Source: Lytechinus pictus (taxonomy: Eukaryota). Taken from it: 64,000 nucleotides of DNA. The stretch covers positions 6,634,001 to 6,698,000 of the forward strand of contig NC_087252.1 of assembly GCF_037042905.1 (NCBI RefSeq). Reading direction: 5' to 3'. Shown piece by piece: positions 23,818 to 37,400 of this stretch. How positions within the stretch are numbered: the first letter of the stretch is position 1; every line of letters begins with the position of its first letter. The notes below the pieces were generated by a model. The model ran no database searches. It worked only from the letters and a program-made list of their open reading frames with translations, and was not told where the DNA came from. Made by a program: the position numbers and the translations under genes.

Positions 23818-26800
23818 TTTTTAGAGCATTACTTATAAAACTTATTGTGCTCAACCCCTGTGACGTCACTCACCAGTTGTTGGTGGGTCAAAAATGGTTT
23901 ATTATTTATTTATTCATTTATTAACAATATTTCAACAGGATGCCCTATCAACATAAAAATTGCTCTCCCTTAGGGTCTTGCATATTAAAAACAATCAAAA
24001 TATATCTTTTTTTACACAGCAAAATTAACATGTGAAAAAGGATGGCCTAGATGTCCTAGATTTGCACCCCTTAACGGAGAATTGTCTTTTTGATCTTGAC
24101 ATAACTATGGTAGGCATTTCCATTTAATTACAAGGACGAGGCAAGTTTGAGATGCTTATAATTATAAATTATATACCAAATTTACTATCAGCCAATCAGA
24201 TTGTTTTATCAGTAGAATTCAACCGTTACTGGAAATTTGTCATTATATTTAGTTTTTCTGTGCTCCTGTGCTGGTATAACATCCTTTATATCAACCTACC
24301 ATAAAATCAAAATAATTGAATATAATATGAAGTTGGAAATTACAGCCTTTGCTTGTTCGCAGAGTTAAACATTGTGACCGGGCCCCATCTTACACAGCGT
24401 TGCAATTGATCCAATCAACCACAACCGTGGAAGGCCAGCAACGTCAACATATAACATGCATGTTTGTTTTCTAACTAATATGTATGTTTGAAAAAATCTG
24501 TAGTGACCAAACTAATTTCTTAATTTTTTTTGTTTGATTTATCTATTTTTGACCACCCTACGACCGATTCGGGTGTGGTAAAATTTTATCACAGACCGCG
24601 AAACCTAATCACTTTTGGGTCACGTGGGTCTAGTGTCATCCCGCCGTGGAAAAATAGTCCTCCCCTTCATTATTTTTAAAAACATGTATTATGATACAAT
24701 TGTTGGACATAGATGCATGAATATAAATATGCATATATATATTACACATTAATGTCGATTTAAATTAATATTCACTAGCATATCATATTTTGATGCATTA
24801 GAGTGTGACGTCATTAATATCTAAATGCGGAGATATATTAGGCAAGGCCCGGTAGCTGGGCAGTGACATTATCCCGCGCACAACTCAAAACGAAGTCGTC
24901 GCGGCTTGTTGACCCTTTTAGAAGCTGCACATTAGCTTTTGACTGTAGGTTTGCAGTTGTTATTTACCAGGTATGTTAATTGAATTTTATCTGATGTATG
25001 TTTTACTTTGCTGGAATTTATAGGATCTCGTTACTCGGAAAATATTCTTATTTCTATGGGATTGTTCATTTCTAGCCGGACAAAGTAGTGTTAGAAAACA
25101 CACTGTTTTACATTTTGAATTGTGTCATTATGTATATCCAGATTATAACTTTTGAATCTTTGAACACACATTAATATTTACTATGTACCACGAAATAAAC
25201 TGCTTAATATTACATGCAGCTTATGTGATTGACAGTGATGATATTTAATCACTTTGCATTTTTTATATGACATGTTTAAATTCATTCACCAAACGATGGA
25301 ATGTATAATTATGTACGTATGCGTACTCTTTGCGATCTTTGCTTACAATATTTAGATTGATGCTTAGTCTTAAATATCAGACCCGCTTTGGTCTTGCGAA
25401 ATTAATTGTTGGGTTTTTGAAGTAACGATTTATATGTTGAAATACATAGTAGATAACGGATCTATTCCCTTTTATAGCCGCTGATATAGAGGCTGTTGAG
25501 TGTTCATGGCTGCTGACGTTGGGCGCAGCTGACCAGGAGACATATATTCCTGGGACCTTATTATACTAGGGTGAGTTATTTAACCTAGTGATTTACGCTA
25601 AATTCTAACATATGACAATCCGAGTCAGAAATACTTTGATGTCATAATTTCAGGTGTTTCTCCTTTCCGGAAGATGAAATTTATAATATTATATGATAAT
25701 GAATACTGTATTACGACAATTTATAATATTATATGATACTAATTTCTACATTGTTTGGTTGAATAATATCAATTTACTTTAATTGAACTACTTACTTTGT
25801 ACAGAAGTCTGATAACTGATGATACAACTTGTAACAATTTGTGTTATTTTATACTCATGATGTTTTCTTTTGTCTTCTGTACAATGCAGGGGTTTTCCCG
25901 TTTTTCCGTTTTTTTCTTCTGTTTATGATTAATAAACATTACACAACACAGCTGCCTGTCCCTTCGTTCTCATCTGTCCTCTTGTCGCCCTTGATGAGTG
26001 AATGGTTGCGGCCGACTTCGGCCCCAACAAAAATCCCTATTTTCTTGAATTTCTTTTTACAAAGGAAATTTATACAAATTTCCGAGAAAAAAATATATAC
26101 CATAAATTGGACTTCCATACAGTTCAGGTTGATCGCATCAATCTTTTTAAGACGGGGTCCAATAATTATGCATGAATTATGAATCATTAAATGCGATAGT
26201 CAGTGGATGTGAAACGGTAGGAAAGGCGTTTTACGTCACTAAATACGGCGTACAACTTCCTGTTATCATGCTAAAATTCATGTTGCCAGAGCTTATATTC
26301 AAGAAACGAATACCAAGTTTAAGTAGAAAACGTTTGTCTACTACACAAAACAAATTTTAAATTAGATTTACATCAATCTAAATTTTGATTAACGAATTGC
26401 TAAAAAGCATTGAAGTAATTCGAAATCATTCACCATAATATGTAACAATATTTTTCAAAACCAGACTTTCAACGGATAGAATACCCTAAACAAAAACTCA
26501 GAACAATCCAGTACTAGAATATTATTTAACAAACTCTACTAAAGTTGTGAAAGTTGCATTGATGTTGTACATATAAATATAGGCTATATTCTAATTATTA
26601 AAAACCATGTTCACCTCAAAATCATTTTATCGTGGCTAAATTGGTAACGTCTAAATTACAAAACAATCATGATTAACGTTGATATGTTGGTTTGAAATCG
26701 GTATAATTTGTATGGCTCTACCAGTTTGGAGCATTATTACTGGTTTTGGCGATTATCTTTGCTGAATGACCGCTGATCTTTTTTAAAATAAATTTTGTAA

Positions 26801-27268
26801 AATTTTGTCATTCTGGTTCATGGAAACACCTATGTTCGGAGACTCGAGCGTTTGTTTATTTTCTTGAACTATTTCAAATCGCAATCTGATGTATCATGTG
26901 TATATATCTTCTTGTTAACAATGTTATATGACCTTGAGAGTAATTCATTTCAGCACCTCCGAAACTATAAAACAATATATTGTATATAATTAAGTATTTG
27001 AAATAGCGAGTAATTATGCTTGGATGTCGCACTTTTATGGTGTTTAAGTGCTTACACGTTATTTTATTTTGACTTTTGTTGCAGATGTACAGAGCAATCC
27101 TGACATTGTTTGAGTGTTATTCATGAGTGTTACAGTTTTATTGTCACTTCATTAGTGATATGCATTCATTTTATTCCTTAATAGAAACACGTGCCTGATA
27201 TAGACACTAAGAAATAAAGGTTCAAAATTGAACCCCGAAAGGTTGATGCAAAATCAGCACCCTATGGG

Positions 27269-28737
27269 CAGCGGCGTAACAGGGGTCGGTGGCCAGGGGG
27301 GGCAAGAGCCAAAAATTTTCCGGTCATATCATGGTTTGAGCAGGTGTAATGAGGCGACTATTTTGAGAAGGCCAGATATTGCGTATCAGGCAGAATTTAT
27401 CTTTGAAAAAAGTTGCGAGCGAGCGAAGCGAGCGAGCAAAAATTTTGACCTTTTTAATACAAAAATCAAATTTTGTGATATATTTTGACATGATATCCAG
27501 AGAATAATATATTTCACTCTTCTCTCTTTAGATTCCTTTTTTGTGGTCTGTACGCCACTGTGAACAGGATTCTTTGCGGCAGTAGCGTGAAGAGTAAAAA
27601 AAAAAAAACGAAGGGCGCAGTATAGCACATGTGCTAAAAAGCTGCTTTATATAAGTCCCGAGCGAGCGAGAAAAAATCACCTTTTCCTGAGAATCTAACT
27701 TTGAGTTATTTTTTATTCAGTAAATAAAATCATATCCTACACTTTTCCTTTGCTTTTCTTTCCTCCTTTTTTTGTTCTTGTTTGTAGAACTTTTTGAAGC
27801 CATGGCCCAACCCTTCCATACGCTGTGCTGTGCGGTTGGGGTCCGGGGCGGAGGCCCCGGAACTGCTTGATATCAAAGCCATTTAAACCTCGCAGATTGC
27901 CGCTATTTTAATCAAATCGCGGGCATATACAGAATGTAGCTTTATTTTACACAACACATTTATTCAACCCAGTTGCGTAATGAACCAAATATTTTGAGGG
28001 AGCAAAACATTGCAATGTGGGAAAAATTTGTAAAAAGTCGCCAGCGTGCAAAGCGAGCTGGAAAAAAAAATGCCCATTGTAATTAAATTCTAATTATGTG
28101 ATAGATTTTTCCAATATATTCAGCAAATAACACCTTTTATTGTTTCCATTCATTTCATTTTACGTTGTCTCTCATAATTTATTTTATTTCCTTTTGGGTG
28201 TGGAACCAAGACCCCCCCCCCCGCCTGTCTGCCAGTGATTGAACGGGGGGCGTTATAGATGAATGTTATAAATGTAGAGCCCCTACTGCGTGGGGTTTGG
28301 GGCAAAGCCCCGGTAGCTTATTTGCATAACATTTAGCAAGCTTAAAGCACAATGTTGTATGCAGTCCATTAGCTTTTGACTAATTACATTCTACCTTCGT
28401 TTCCCGCAATTGTTTGCCATTTTGTCATCTTTTAATTTATTTCCCACTCTGCTATTGCATTACATAGGCCTATTTCGGAATAATTTTCTCTTACTCATAT
28501 GTTTTTCTTTCGTACATTTTTCCGCTTTCCTTCCTTTTCCATAAAAAAAAAGTTTTTTCTTCGTTTTCTTTTCACTTTTCCCTTTCCTTTTTCTCCTTTC
28601 CTTTTCCCCTTTCCTTCCCCTTTCCCTTTCTTTCTCCCTCTTTTTTTTTCTTTTTCCCGTTTTTCTTTTATTTTCCCGGTGAAATCCGCCAGGGGGGGCA
28701 ACTTGCCCCCCCTGCCCCCCCGCCTGTTACGCCACTG
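27269..28737. mobile_element. hAT-like non-autonomous element, copy 2 (opposite orientation)
   Basis: Same TIR; 8-bp TSD CCTATGGG; body is the reverse complement of 16813..18363. Confidence 0.88.
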
Positions 28738-29297
28738 CCTATGGGTTCAAAAATTGCACCCCTGATTTGGGGTTAAAAAATTGAACCCTGCGATTGGGGT
28801 TCATTTTTGCACCCTGCAAGTTCAAAACTGCACCCCTAAATTTCAAATTGAACACCTAGGGTTGCAGTTTTGATTACACTTTCAAATGGCTGGAAAGCAT
28901 GCAAATTTAAGTATTAGATGCTAAGTCAACTAATGCTACAATAATTTGTGATAGAAAACGAGAAGCACTTGTTGAGTAATAATTTGACTTGATTATAATT
29001 CTTACTGCTTCTTTCTGGAGTTTGGCCTGCACAAAAGTGTTTAAGATGGGATTAATAAGTATGACCCCTATATGATTATAATATCTTAGATGTAGTAAAA
29101 AAAAGTATTATAAATCGATTCGAGTACAAAATTTAGCAAAATATCATTCCGTCCGACCAACACCTCTTGATACTGACTTAGATATTGCAGAAGTATAAGA
29201 ATTTAGATGTTCGTTTACTGTGAAACCTAAGAACTTCAAACTAAAACTAACAACTAATACTAAAAACTTAAGATGATCTACTTTGTAATATCATTAT

Positions 29298-29824
29298 CCC
29301 TAAAAGGACCGGGCTATTTGAAAAATGTATTGATGATTGGGGGAATGCGCCGAAATTTGGAATGTACGTTCTTTATCATAAAACTTCAATTCAGTATCCC
29401 CCAAAATCTGAAAATAATTATTTTTTTGATTTATTATGAATAAACTATGAACATTTATTTATGAAAAACATTACTCGCATATTCAACACCCAATTCAACT
29501 TCAAATATTCTCTTTTTATTCCTGATGTCATCATTGTAATCTAATTCAAAGGTTTCCACAAAGAAAAATTGCGAAAGCCAATATTTTCCTTATGTATTTT
29601 TTTGTTTTTAGAATTTATTCTGTATTTTATGTTTTTATCTTGTGTTTTCCATTGTTATATTATTGGAAATTATTACAATCCATTTAACAACCAAATTAAA
29701 CCCTACAACAATTAGGCAGACCATGTAGAACGAACAATAATCACCCTTTTATGAATTTCATCTCCCATAGATTTTGTACACAAAGTATGAAAACAAGTCA
29801 TTTTGACCACCAGTCCCTTTAGGG
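29298..29824. mobile_element. piggyBac-like MITE
   Basis: CCCTAAAAGGAC...GTCCCTTTAGGG with degenerate TTAA flanks; body shared with the copy starting TTAA|CCCT at 63286. Confidence 0.55.
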
Positions 29825-30243
29825 CTAATACAAATATCACGTAAATGTCTTCGCTAATACAAATACCACGTAAATGTCTTGTTTTATTAAAAATTCCAAG
29901 AGTATTTACAAGCCCATATTTTTAGGAATACCCTTCTAATAAAACCCAAACTACTTGTAATATCAATTTTTACGACCAATGCGATCACGACGTTAAGTTT
30001 GACCTCCTACCTAGTAAAGATATTATTCCGCTTATTTATATTGCTTAATACATGAAACCGACACCTTTTAAATATTCGCAGATATGACTATGAGATTTTC
30101 CCCGTCGCTCATTGGATTCTACTCCGCCCACAATATTTGAACTTGTATGAATTTACCTCGGAGATAAGACACGCTTTTACCTCTGATATAAGACGCATAT
30201 TAAGCATATAATCCTGACGCCTTATTAAAAGATGCTCTGTAAT

Positions 30244-30303
30244 TTACAAGTCCAGGGTAGACGCATACACCCGTTCATCCAGGTCATTAAGTGACAGGTA
30301 GCT
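30244..30303 (-). CDS. Gene 2 last exon (SYLSLNDLDERVYASTLDL*)
   Basis: ttcacag|AGC...TAA; conserved in the paralog at 60038..60097. Confidence 0.88.
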   Translation of the reverse strand, partial: SYLSLNDLDERVYASTLDL

Positions 30304-31403
30304 CTGTGAAAATGAAATGGTAAAGACAATGCGAACAACGTTATCAACAGCAATAATATCATATGATGTCAATGGTGAATCATAAATTGGTATCGTTCAT
30401 CAGCACCGGTGTGTTGGCTCAGTTGGTAGAGCGTGAGGTCGGGGGTTCAAACCCTGGCCGCGTCTGACCAAAAGACGTTAAAAGATGGGAGTTGCTGCTA
30501 CCCTGTTTGGCGTTCAACGATTAAAGGGATAGAGCCTATTTGATCTGGCGCTGCACAGCGGCTGCAGGGCCCACGATCAATTGGGCAAAGCAAATTTTCG
30601 GAGTATTTCATTTCATGTCTATTTCGAACAATAAAATATGGAGCCAAATTTATAGTACGATAGTCGTCGGAGTTGACTATGCTGTGATCTTGTCCTTGTC
30701 CAGAACGTATAGGTATCACAGGCCTAATTCAATCCTCATAGACTCGTGTGTTTAAGTGGCACCTAAAAAGAATTCATCAAAAATAAGGAGGAAATTCGAG
30801 GGTTGAATGTTTACAACCAGTGGATAGGATAAATGTCTGACATTCCATATCTGACTAGAAACGGGTACCTCAACCGGCTCATTTTAAAAATAAATCAGCA
30901 TTTATGAAGACTACACCTGACGGGCTCAAAAACATCACTTGAGAGAGTAAAATTACCCTAATTATTCTGCCAGTAAAAATTTAGTTCCATAGTGGTGATA
31001 TATCTTTCCAATTTGGAAAAAAGAAGTTCAGTAGGTACCCTCCCTAGAATCAGTGTTAGATTGTCAATCATATTCATTCTTTTTCGTCAATCAGCAAGAT
31101 CAAATTAAAAAATTGAGCAATGGGTTGGCTCGAATGAATATCTATGGCCTGCCACTTGTGATTAGGCCCGTGCAACCTCTAGTTCTTGGCCTTTGCCTTT
31201 TAATTTGCCTTCGAGGTCTGGGGTCCTTAGCCTCGGAACTTTGGCCGCAGACGTCTAGTCCTCGGCATTGTGATTGGCCTCTTTTTTTCAGCCTTGCTCA
31301 AAACATTAATAACATTAAAATAGAGTTGTGAGGAAGGGGTTTAGCATAATCGGTGATTGTGGATTTGCATAGTAGGATATAGAGTAGGATATATAGTAGA
31401 AGG

Positions 31404-31436
<33 letters not shown>

Positions 31437-34400
31437 ATATGTATATATGTATATATATATACATGTATATGTATATATATATATACAGTGCGTCCCACAA
31501 AAAACGAAACCGAGATTTATCGATAATTTATCATAACTTAATCACAAATACAATAGACAAATGACCTACCATTGTAAAGCTTAGAATCTCCTCTTTCATA
31601 AAAAATTACCTATATTATTTCTCATTCACGCATGAATGAGCAAAAACAATTGAAGAGGGGATACCAAAAAGTCATTTGGCGGGCTGTATCTGGGTTTCAA
31701 AAAGAAAACCACATTTAAAAAAAATTCAATATCTGCTCTTTAATTTGATACCTCAATTACAGAAAATGGTCAAGAAATAACAAAGTTCTGGTTATTTGAA
31801 ATAAGGCTTGAATTTCATAAAATTAAGAGGTTCTGCAGGCTAGCGTTCAAACTCACTTGACACTCCGTTTTGTTGACGATCGGCCAGGCATTAAGTCTTT
31901 TGTTAACCATTTGATTGCTTCTGTAGGAAACCGGTGAAAACACGTTTATTTAATGAAATAATGGAAATACAAGCTTTGTTTTGAGGGAACATAACATTTT
32001 TACTTCTTGACCATTTTTGGTGATTAAGGTATCAAATTAAAGAGCAGATATTGAACTTTTTAGGCATGTGATTTTCTTTGTGAAATTCAGATACCCCCCG
32101 CCAAATGAATTTTTGGTATCCTTTCTTCAAATTGTTTTTGCTCACTCATGCGTGAATGATGAATAATCTAAGTAATATCTGATGAAAGAAGAGATTCTAA
32201 GCTTTACATTGGTAGGTCATTTGTCTGTTTTATTTGTGATTAAGTTATGATAAATCGTCGCTTAATCTCGGTTTCGTTTTTTCTGGGACGCACTGTATAT
32301 ACATATATACTATGGTTTATACAAAGGAAATGCAAACAGTAACATGGGATCAAACTGTTGGAAGAATTAGAGTTAAATCTTACATGAGTCTTTTCTAGAA
32401 TCCTTTCCAAATCCTCCAGGATTCGGTCAAAGTTGGTCCTAGATGTAGGGTCCTTCTTCCAGCAAGTACTCATAATCGCATACCTGTGAAATTAAATAAT
32501 AATTGTTTATAATATACACACTGCAGTAACGTAGCTGCCCAGAGTGGACCACGACATAATTTAACTCTGGGATGAAAATCATGGTGTTATTAACACAAAT
32601 TTGGTTTTAATATAATACATTGGATCTGTTATTAAATTACCTAAGACCTTTGAATATTTCGGAAGACAGTTTTGTGTTGTTATTAACACAGTCGTTGTTA
32701 AATGAGAAGTTCACCCTGAAGAAAAGTTTGTTGTAAAAATAATAGAAAAAAAAATCGATCACAATTTTGATGAGGCTTTGACGGAAATCCATAAAAAATT
32801 AAAAAAAGTTATTAATATTTGATTTTGTTTTTGTATTTGTGACGTCATAACATACATGTAAAATTTATAAAAGTCATATTGGTTTAGGGTAACTATACTT
32901 TTTCTTTATTCTTTCAGGAGTGGAGATGAAGTAATTTGTCTGTTGATATTCTGGAGGTAAAATAAACATTTTCCAAAGAAATTGAGAAATTGAAATTTCA
33001 TTGATTATTTTACTACATGATAAAAGATGTTGGCATATTACGTCAAAAATAAAAACACGGAAATTATGACTTTTCCTAATCTTCGATGGATATTTCTCAA
33101 ACCTTCACCAATATTTTGTTTTATTATTTCCTCTGCTATTTTTACAATGAAAATTCTATCAAGGTGAACTTTAAACTGCAAGTTTACGTTAAATCGCGTC
33201 CAATACTAAAACTCATAATTTTACTTGAGTTTATGATAAAAATAAATAATGGAGTTATTACGGATTATTATGATTATCGTCATCAATGAAATTTTGTATT
33301 CTTTTCTAATAAGCTTTCCCTTTTGTTTACGAAAGGTTTTTGATGTTAATCATTTGAGGTTATTAATGTACTAATTATTGACGATCAGCTTGTGTATCTT
33401 TCTAGAAATTTCCTTCAAAACATTATTGGTCAAGGTTAACACAACTGAATAAAACAGAAATTACACTTCTTGCGCACAGTGACGAGGGCGTTGCATCTGG
33501 TAACCCTTGGCAACCTCCGTCTGGACAGTGGTAAAGGTCATTTTAGGGTATGGCCTTGCACCTACATTTATGAGAAAAAAAAGAATGATCATGATGATAT
33601 TCTGAAATATCTGAATATTGGATGACTCCAGGTTTGATGGTTTTGTTTAAAAGAGGTGCAAGTATTAGAGTTATATCAAAGTATAGAAATTCTTCCCACT
33701 CGCATACCCCCCTCCACCCCCTTCTCTCTGCCAAGAAGGAGCTCTTTCTCATCTCTCCCTAAGTTTCCAACGAGCAAATATCTTAACATCCGTGTATTTT
33801 TCACTTTAATAGCTACATCTTTAACAATCTTGAATCCCTACATCCCAAGGCGTGTCACCGTTAGAAAAAATTATGATTTCATCATTTATTTGTGTAAGTG
33901 TAAGTAGAAGCAAAAATCAGGGTATTTGTGTAAGTAGTCATGGTTGTCAAATCATTGTTGTTGCTTTCATTTAGCCTATCATCTTCATCATTTTGTAATT
34001 CTTTCAATTATAAATATAATATAGGATTTGTATAGCGCACGTATCCACATTGCTAGGTGCTCAAGGCGCTCCTATATTATCCCGGCTAAGCTTGTCTACC
34101 GATTCCGGTGCGCACAGCCTTTGAAGAATTACTTCCTGCCGACACCCATTTACCTCACCTGGGTTAAGTGCAGCACAGTGTGGGTGAATTTCTTGCTGAA
34201 GGAAAACACACAATTATATATAATCATAATCACTACCACCATCATCGTCATTAATATTTTCTGATATATATCGTAAAAAAAAAAAAACCCAGAAAATTTT
34301 ACAGAAGAAAAAACACCCCCAGATTTTACAGAAAGAAGTAACCATGGTAACCAAATCATTCTGTAAATTGTTAAAACAGGAAAGATTTTATACATTTTTT

Positions 34401-37400
34401 ATAGAATTTTACAGAACATGTCTGTTTTAAAAAGGGGGAAAACAGTTTATTACAATAAATTTGTAAGGTTACATACACCAAATATCTATTTTCTGTAATT
34501 TTACACAAATGCATGTAAGATTACACACTGCAGTAAGATTACAGGTGTTCTCGAGACTCTGCTTCAGGAATTCAGTTTTTTTTAAGTAGAAATTTTCTAA
34601 CAGTGTGGAAATTTAAGGTCAATAAAATAAATTTACACGCGTAGCTCCTGGAACCTCCTTCCTTACCCAGTGTCACTATTTCCCACAAGACAATACCAAA
34701 AGACCAGATGTCTCCTTCTTTAGTTTGGTCATTCGTTGCCATGATTTCTGGTGAACTCCATCTGGTTGGTTTCTAAGACGATGTAAATAAATGTGTTAAT
34801 AATTCAATCGATTAAGAATATCAATCTGCACCTTTCTTAAGTAGTCAAAATGTGTTTTACAATATTTCATCATAACTATTGTCTCGTGTTATTCAATCTT
34901 CATGTATTTCGTATTAGCTAACCAGGGGCCCGTATCATGAAGAGTTTCATAAAGAGTTATAACTGTTGTAACTCTTGGTAGTTGCCAATAATGGCAACTA
35001 CCATGGCAACATGGCTTAGCAGCCAATCAAAATCAAGAATACCGTGGTAGTTGCCATAATGGCAAAGTCACAACAGGTGTAACTCCTTGATCTATGTTAA
35101 ACAATAATGAATAATCATTAGGATTAACCCGTTACACTTACAGCTACGTCACCAAAGAGCGATGAAGAAAGTCCATATTCTGATATCTTGCATTGCTTTC
35201 TTTCTCCAAGCAACACGTTGTGAGCGCAGAGAGCTCCATGGATGATCTGAAAAAAAGAAAGACAACTTATACTATAAGGACATCAAGAGAATCGTCGTGT
35301 ATCTTGATCTTTGTTGAAACTAGATCAATTTGTTCCAAACGGAGGGGATGTAAACTATGCCTTATAATAAAATATGAATGTAAGTCCCTGACGAAAATTA
35401 AGTCATCGAGTATCTTTTAAAAAGTTCTAAAAGAACAAATAAATGAGGTTTCTGGTAAACAGTGCACGGGAGCACGCAGCGGATCAGCCGCTGCAATCGA
35501 CCTGCAACACGCGGAGATTATGCCTTCCGAAAATATTTGTTAAGATATCGTGGAACATTTTTATATTTTGCATTGGTATTTTGTGACAAGAATTTTCTTC
35601 GGGGACTTTCTGAACAACCATTTTGCCAATAAAGCTCAATCAAAAGATCTATTAAAGTGGTTGGTTAACATTGGTTTGACTTTAAAGAAATCTGAGCTAG
35701 AAGGTCACACTTATCACCTGTGTCTGTGATATGTTACAAAAATGAAGCCCAGAAAAAATTGCGTTCGAAAATAATTATTTAGTGCTTCAAAAATTGAAAT
35801 ATAAAGTGACCGGAAACACCATCTTAATTTTTTACAAAATCGGGGTTTGCCTTGTAGTTTTAGCTTTTCATTCTCAATAATGGTTGTTTTCAGGGTTTAT
35901 TAGTTCTAATACATGCACTTGTACGCATGTTTCATCTTGGTTTGAGAATTTTTTAAATCGGCTGCTTACAAAGTTACACAATACCTTTAACTAAAGGTTC
36001 CAAATTCTGATAACAACATAAGCATGAAAGTTAATTATTTTTGAAATCCCATTTAACTTCCTTTTGACGTCTGATTCCTCTTCATAAGGGATACCATTAA
36101 ACGATGTTACCTTCTTAGATGCAAGGAACTGCATCCCTTTAGCAACCTGCCAAGCCAAGTTAAGTAGGGTACCCTCATCTGTACGAACACCGTTTGGTTT
36201 GAGATTGCTGTACGTGGGTCGCGATTGCACCCCTGAAGTCTGTAGATGGGTAAGGAGTGTACCCCCTGATATGAACTCGTACAGAATACTGCCTAAATGA
36301 TAGATGATTTAAAGGAAAGGAAAGGTCAACTAGGTTACGTCATGCTTAATAAATCATCTTTAGTGCAATAAAGGATAACCAGGCTTGTGCCATCACATCA
36401 GGTTATCACGTCGGGTCGGAGAATGTAGCCGACAATTCGAGAAATTTGCTATAATTTCCTCAAAGCATCAGGGACATTGGACCCGATCTTTCGGGAATGT
36501 AAAGGACCTTTTTTTCGAATCGTTTGATTTCGTGATTGCCCAACCAAAAGCAATAACCCAATGTGATGACCCAAACCCGATAAATATCTCTTAATTATAA
36601 AATGGAATGAATTGTAATGTCTCCAGCTTGGTATAAGAGAATAATGGAAACAACGTGACGTGAGCATGGTGAGAGTCTGGGAAGCATGCTCTATTCTGCC
36701 TAGCGGTCCAGAACATGATAAAACAGACATACTGTCTTTACCAATGTCATTTAATTGAGTTCCAGATTGTTAAATGTTAAACTTTGACTACCCCTCTTTC
36801 TCTCTCCCCCAAAAAGGTGTATTTTCCCATCTGCCTTTAATGTCCTAACTCTCACGTTTGAGTGCCCCTGATACCAAGGATATTGGGAAAGGAGGCTAAC
36901 CAGCACCATACCGATTATTACAGATATTTTAAGAGTAACTAATACTTTATTTCAAAGATCATAATACTTTTAATGTCGATATTATCCAAGAGGTTTTACG
37001 TACCTTGCTCCTTACAATATCCGAGACATTTGACAATATTCGGTTGATCCGATAGCTGGTAAAGTATCTTGATTGTTTGAAGTACTTGTAATGATTTTAT
37101 CACGCGATCTATGATCATAAGAAAATATTAAATCGCATGACCTATCATTTTAATGTTTTCCAAAAAAAAAATGAATTAGGATTTACTAAAATAATGACAC
37201 GATTTAAAATAACAAGCAAGCGAGATGCTGTGATTTCTTATCGGGAGTTTTTACCCATTACCAATTTCTTGGCAAGCAAAAGACAAATATAACAATTATT
37301 TTCTATCAAAAAGTGGGACATGTGCTTCTTTTGCGAACCCCTGCCCCTCTTGCCATGTTAGCCTGGTTTATCAAGGGGAAGCCAGTGGGATGAACACTAT

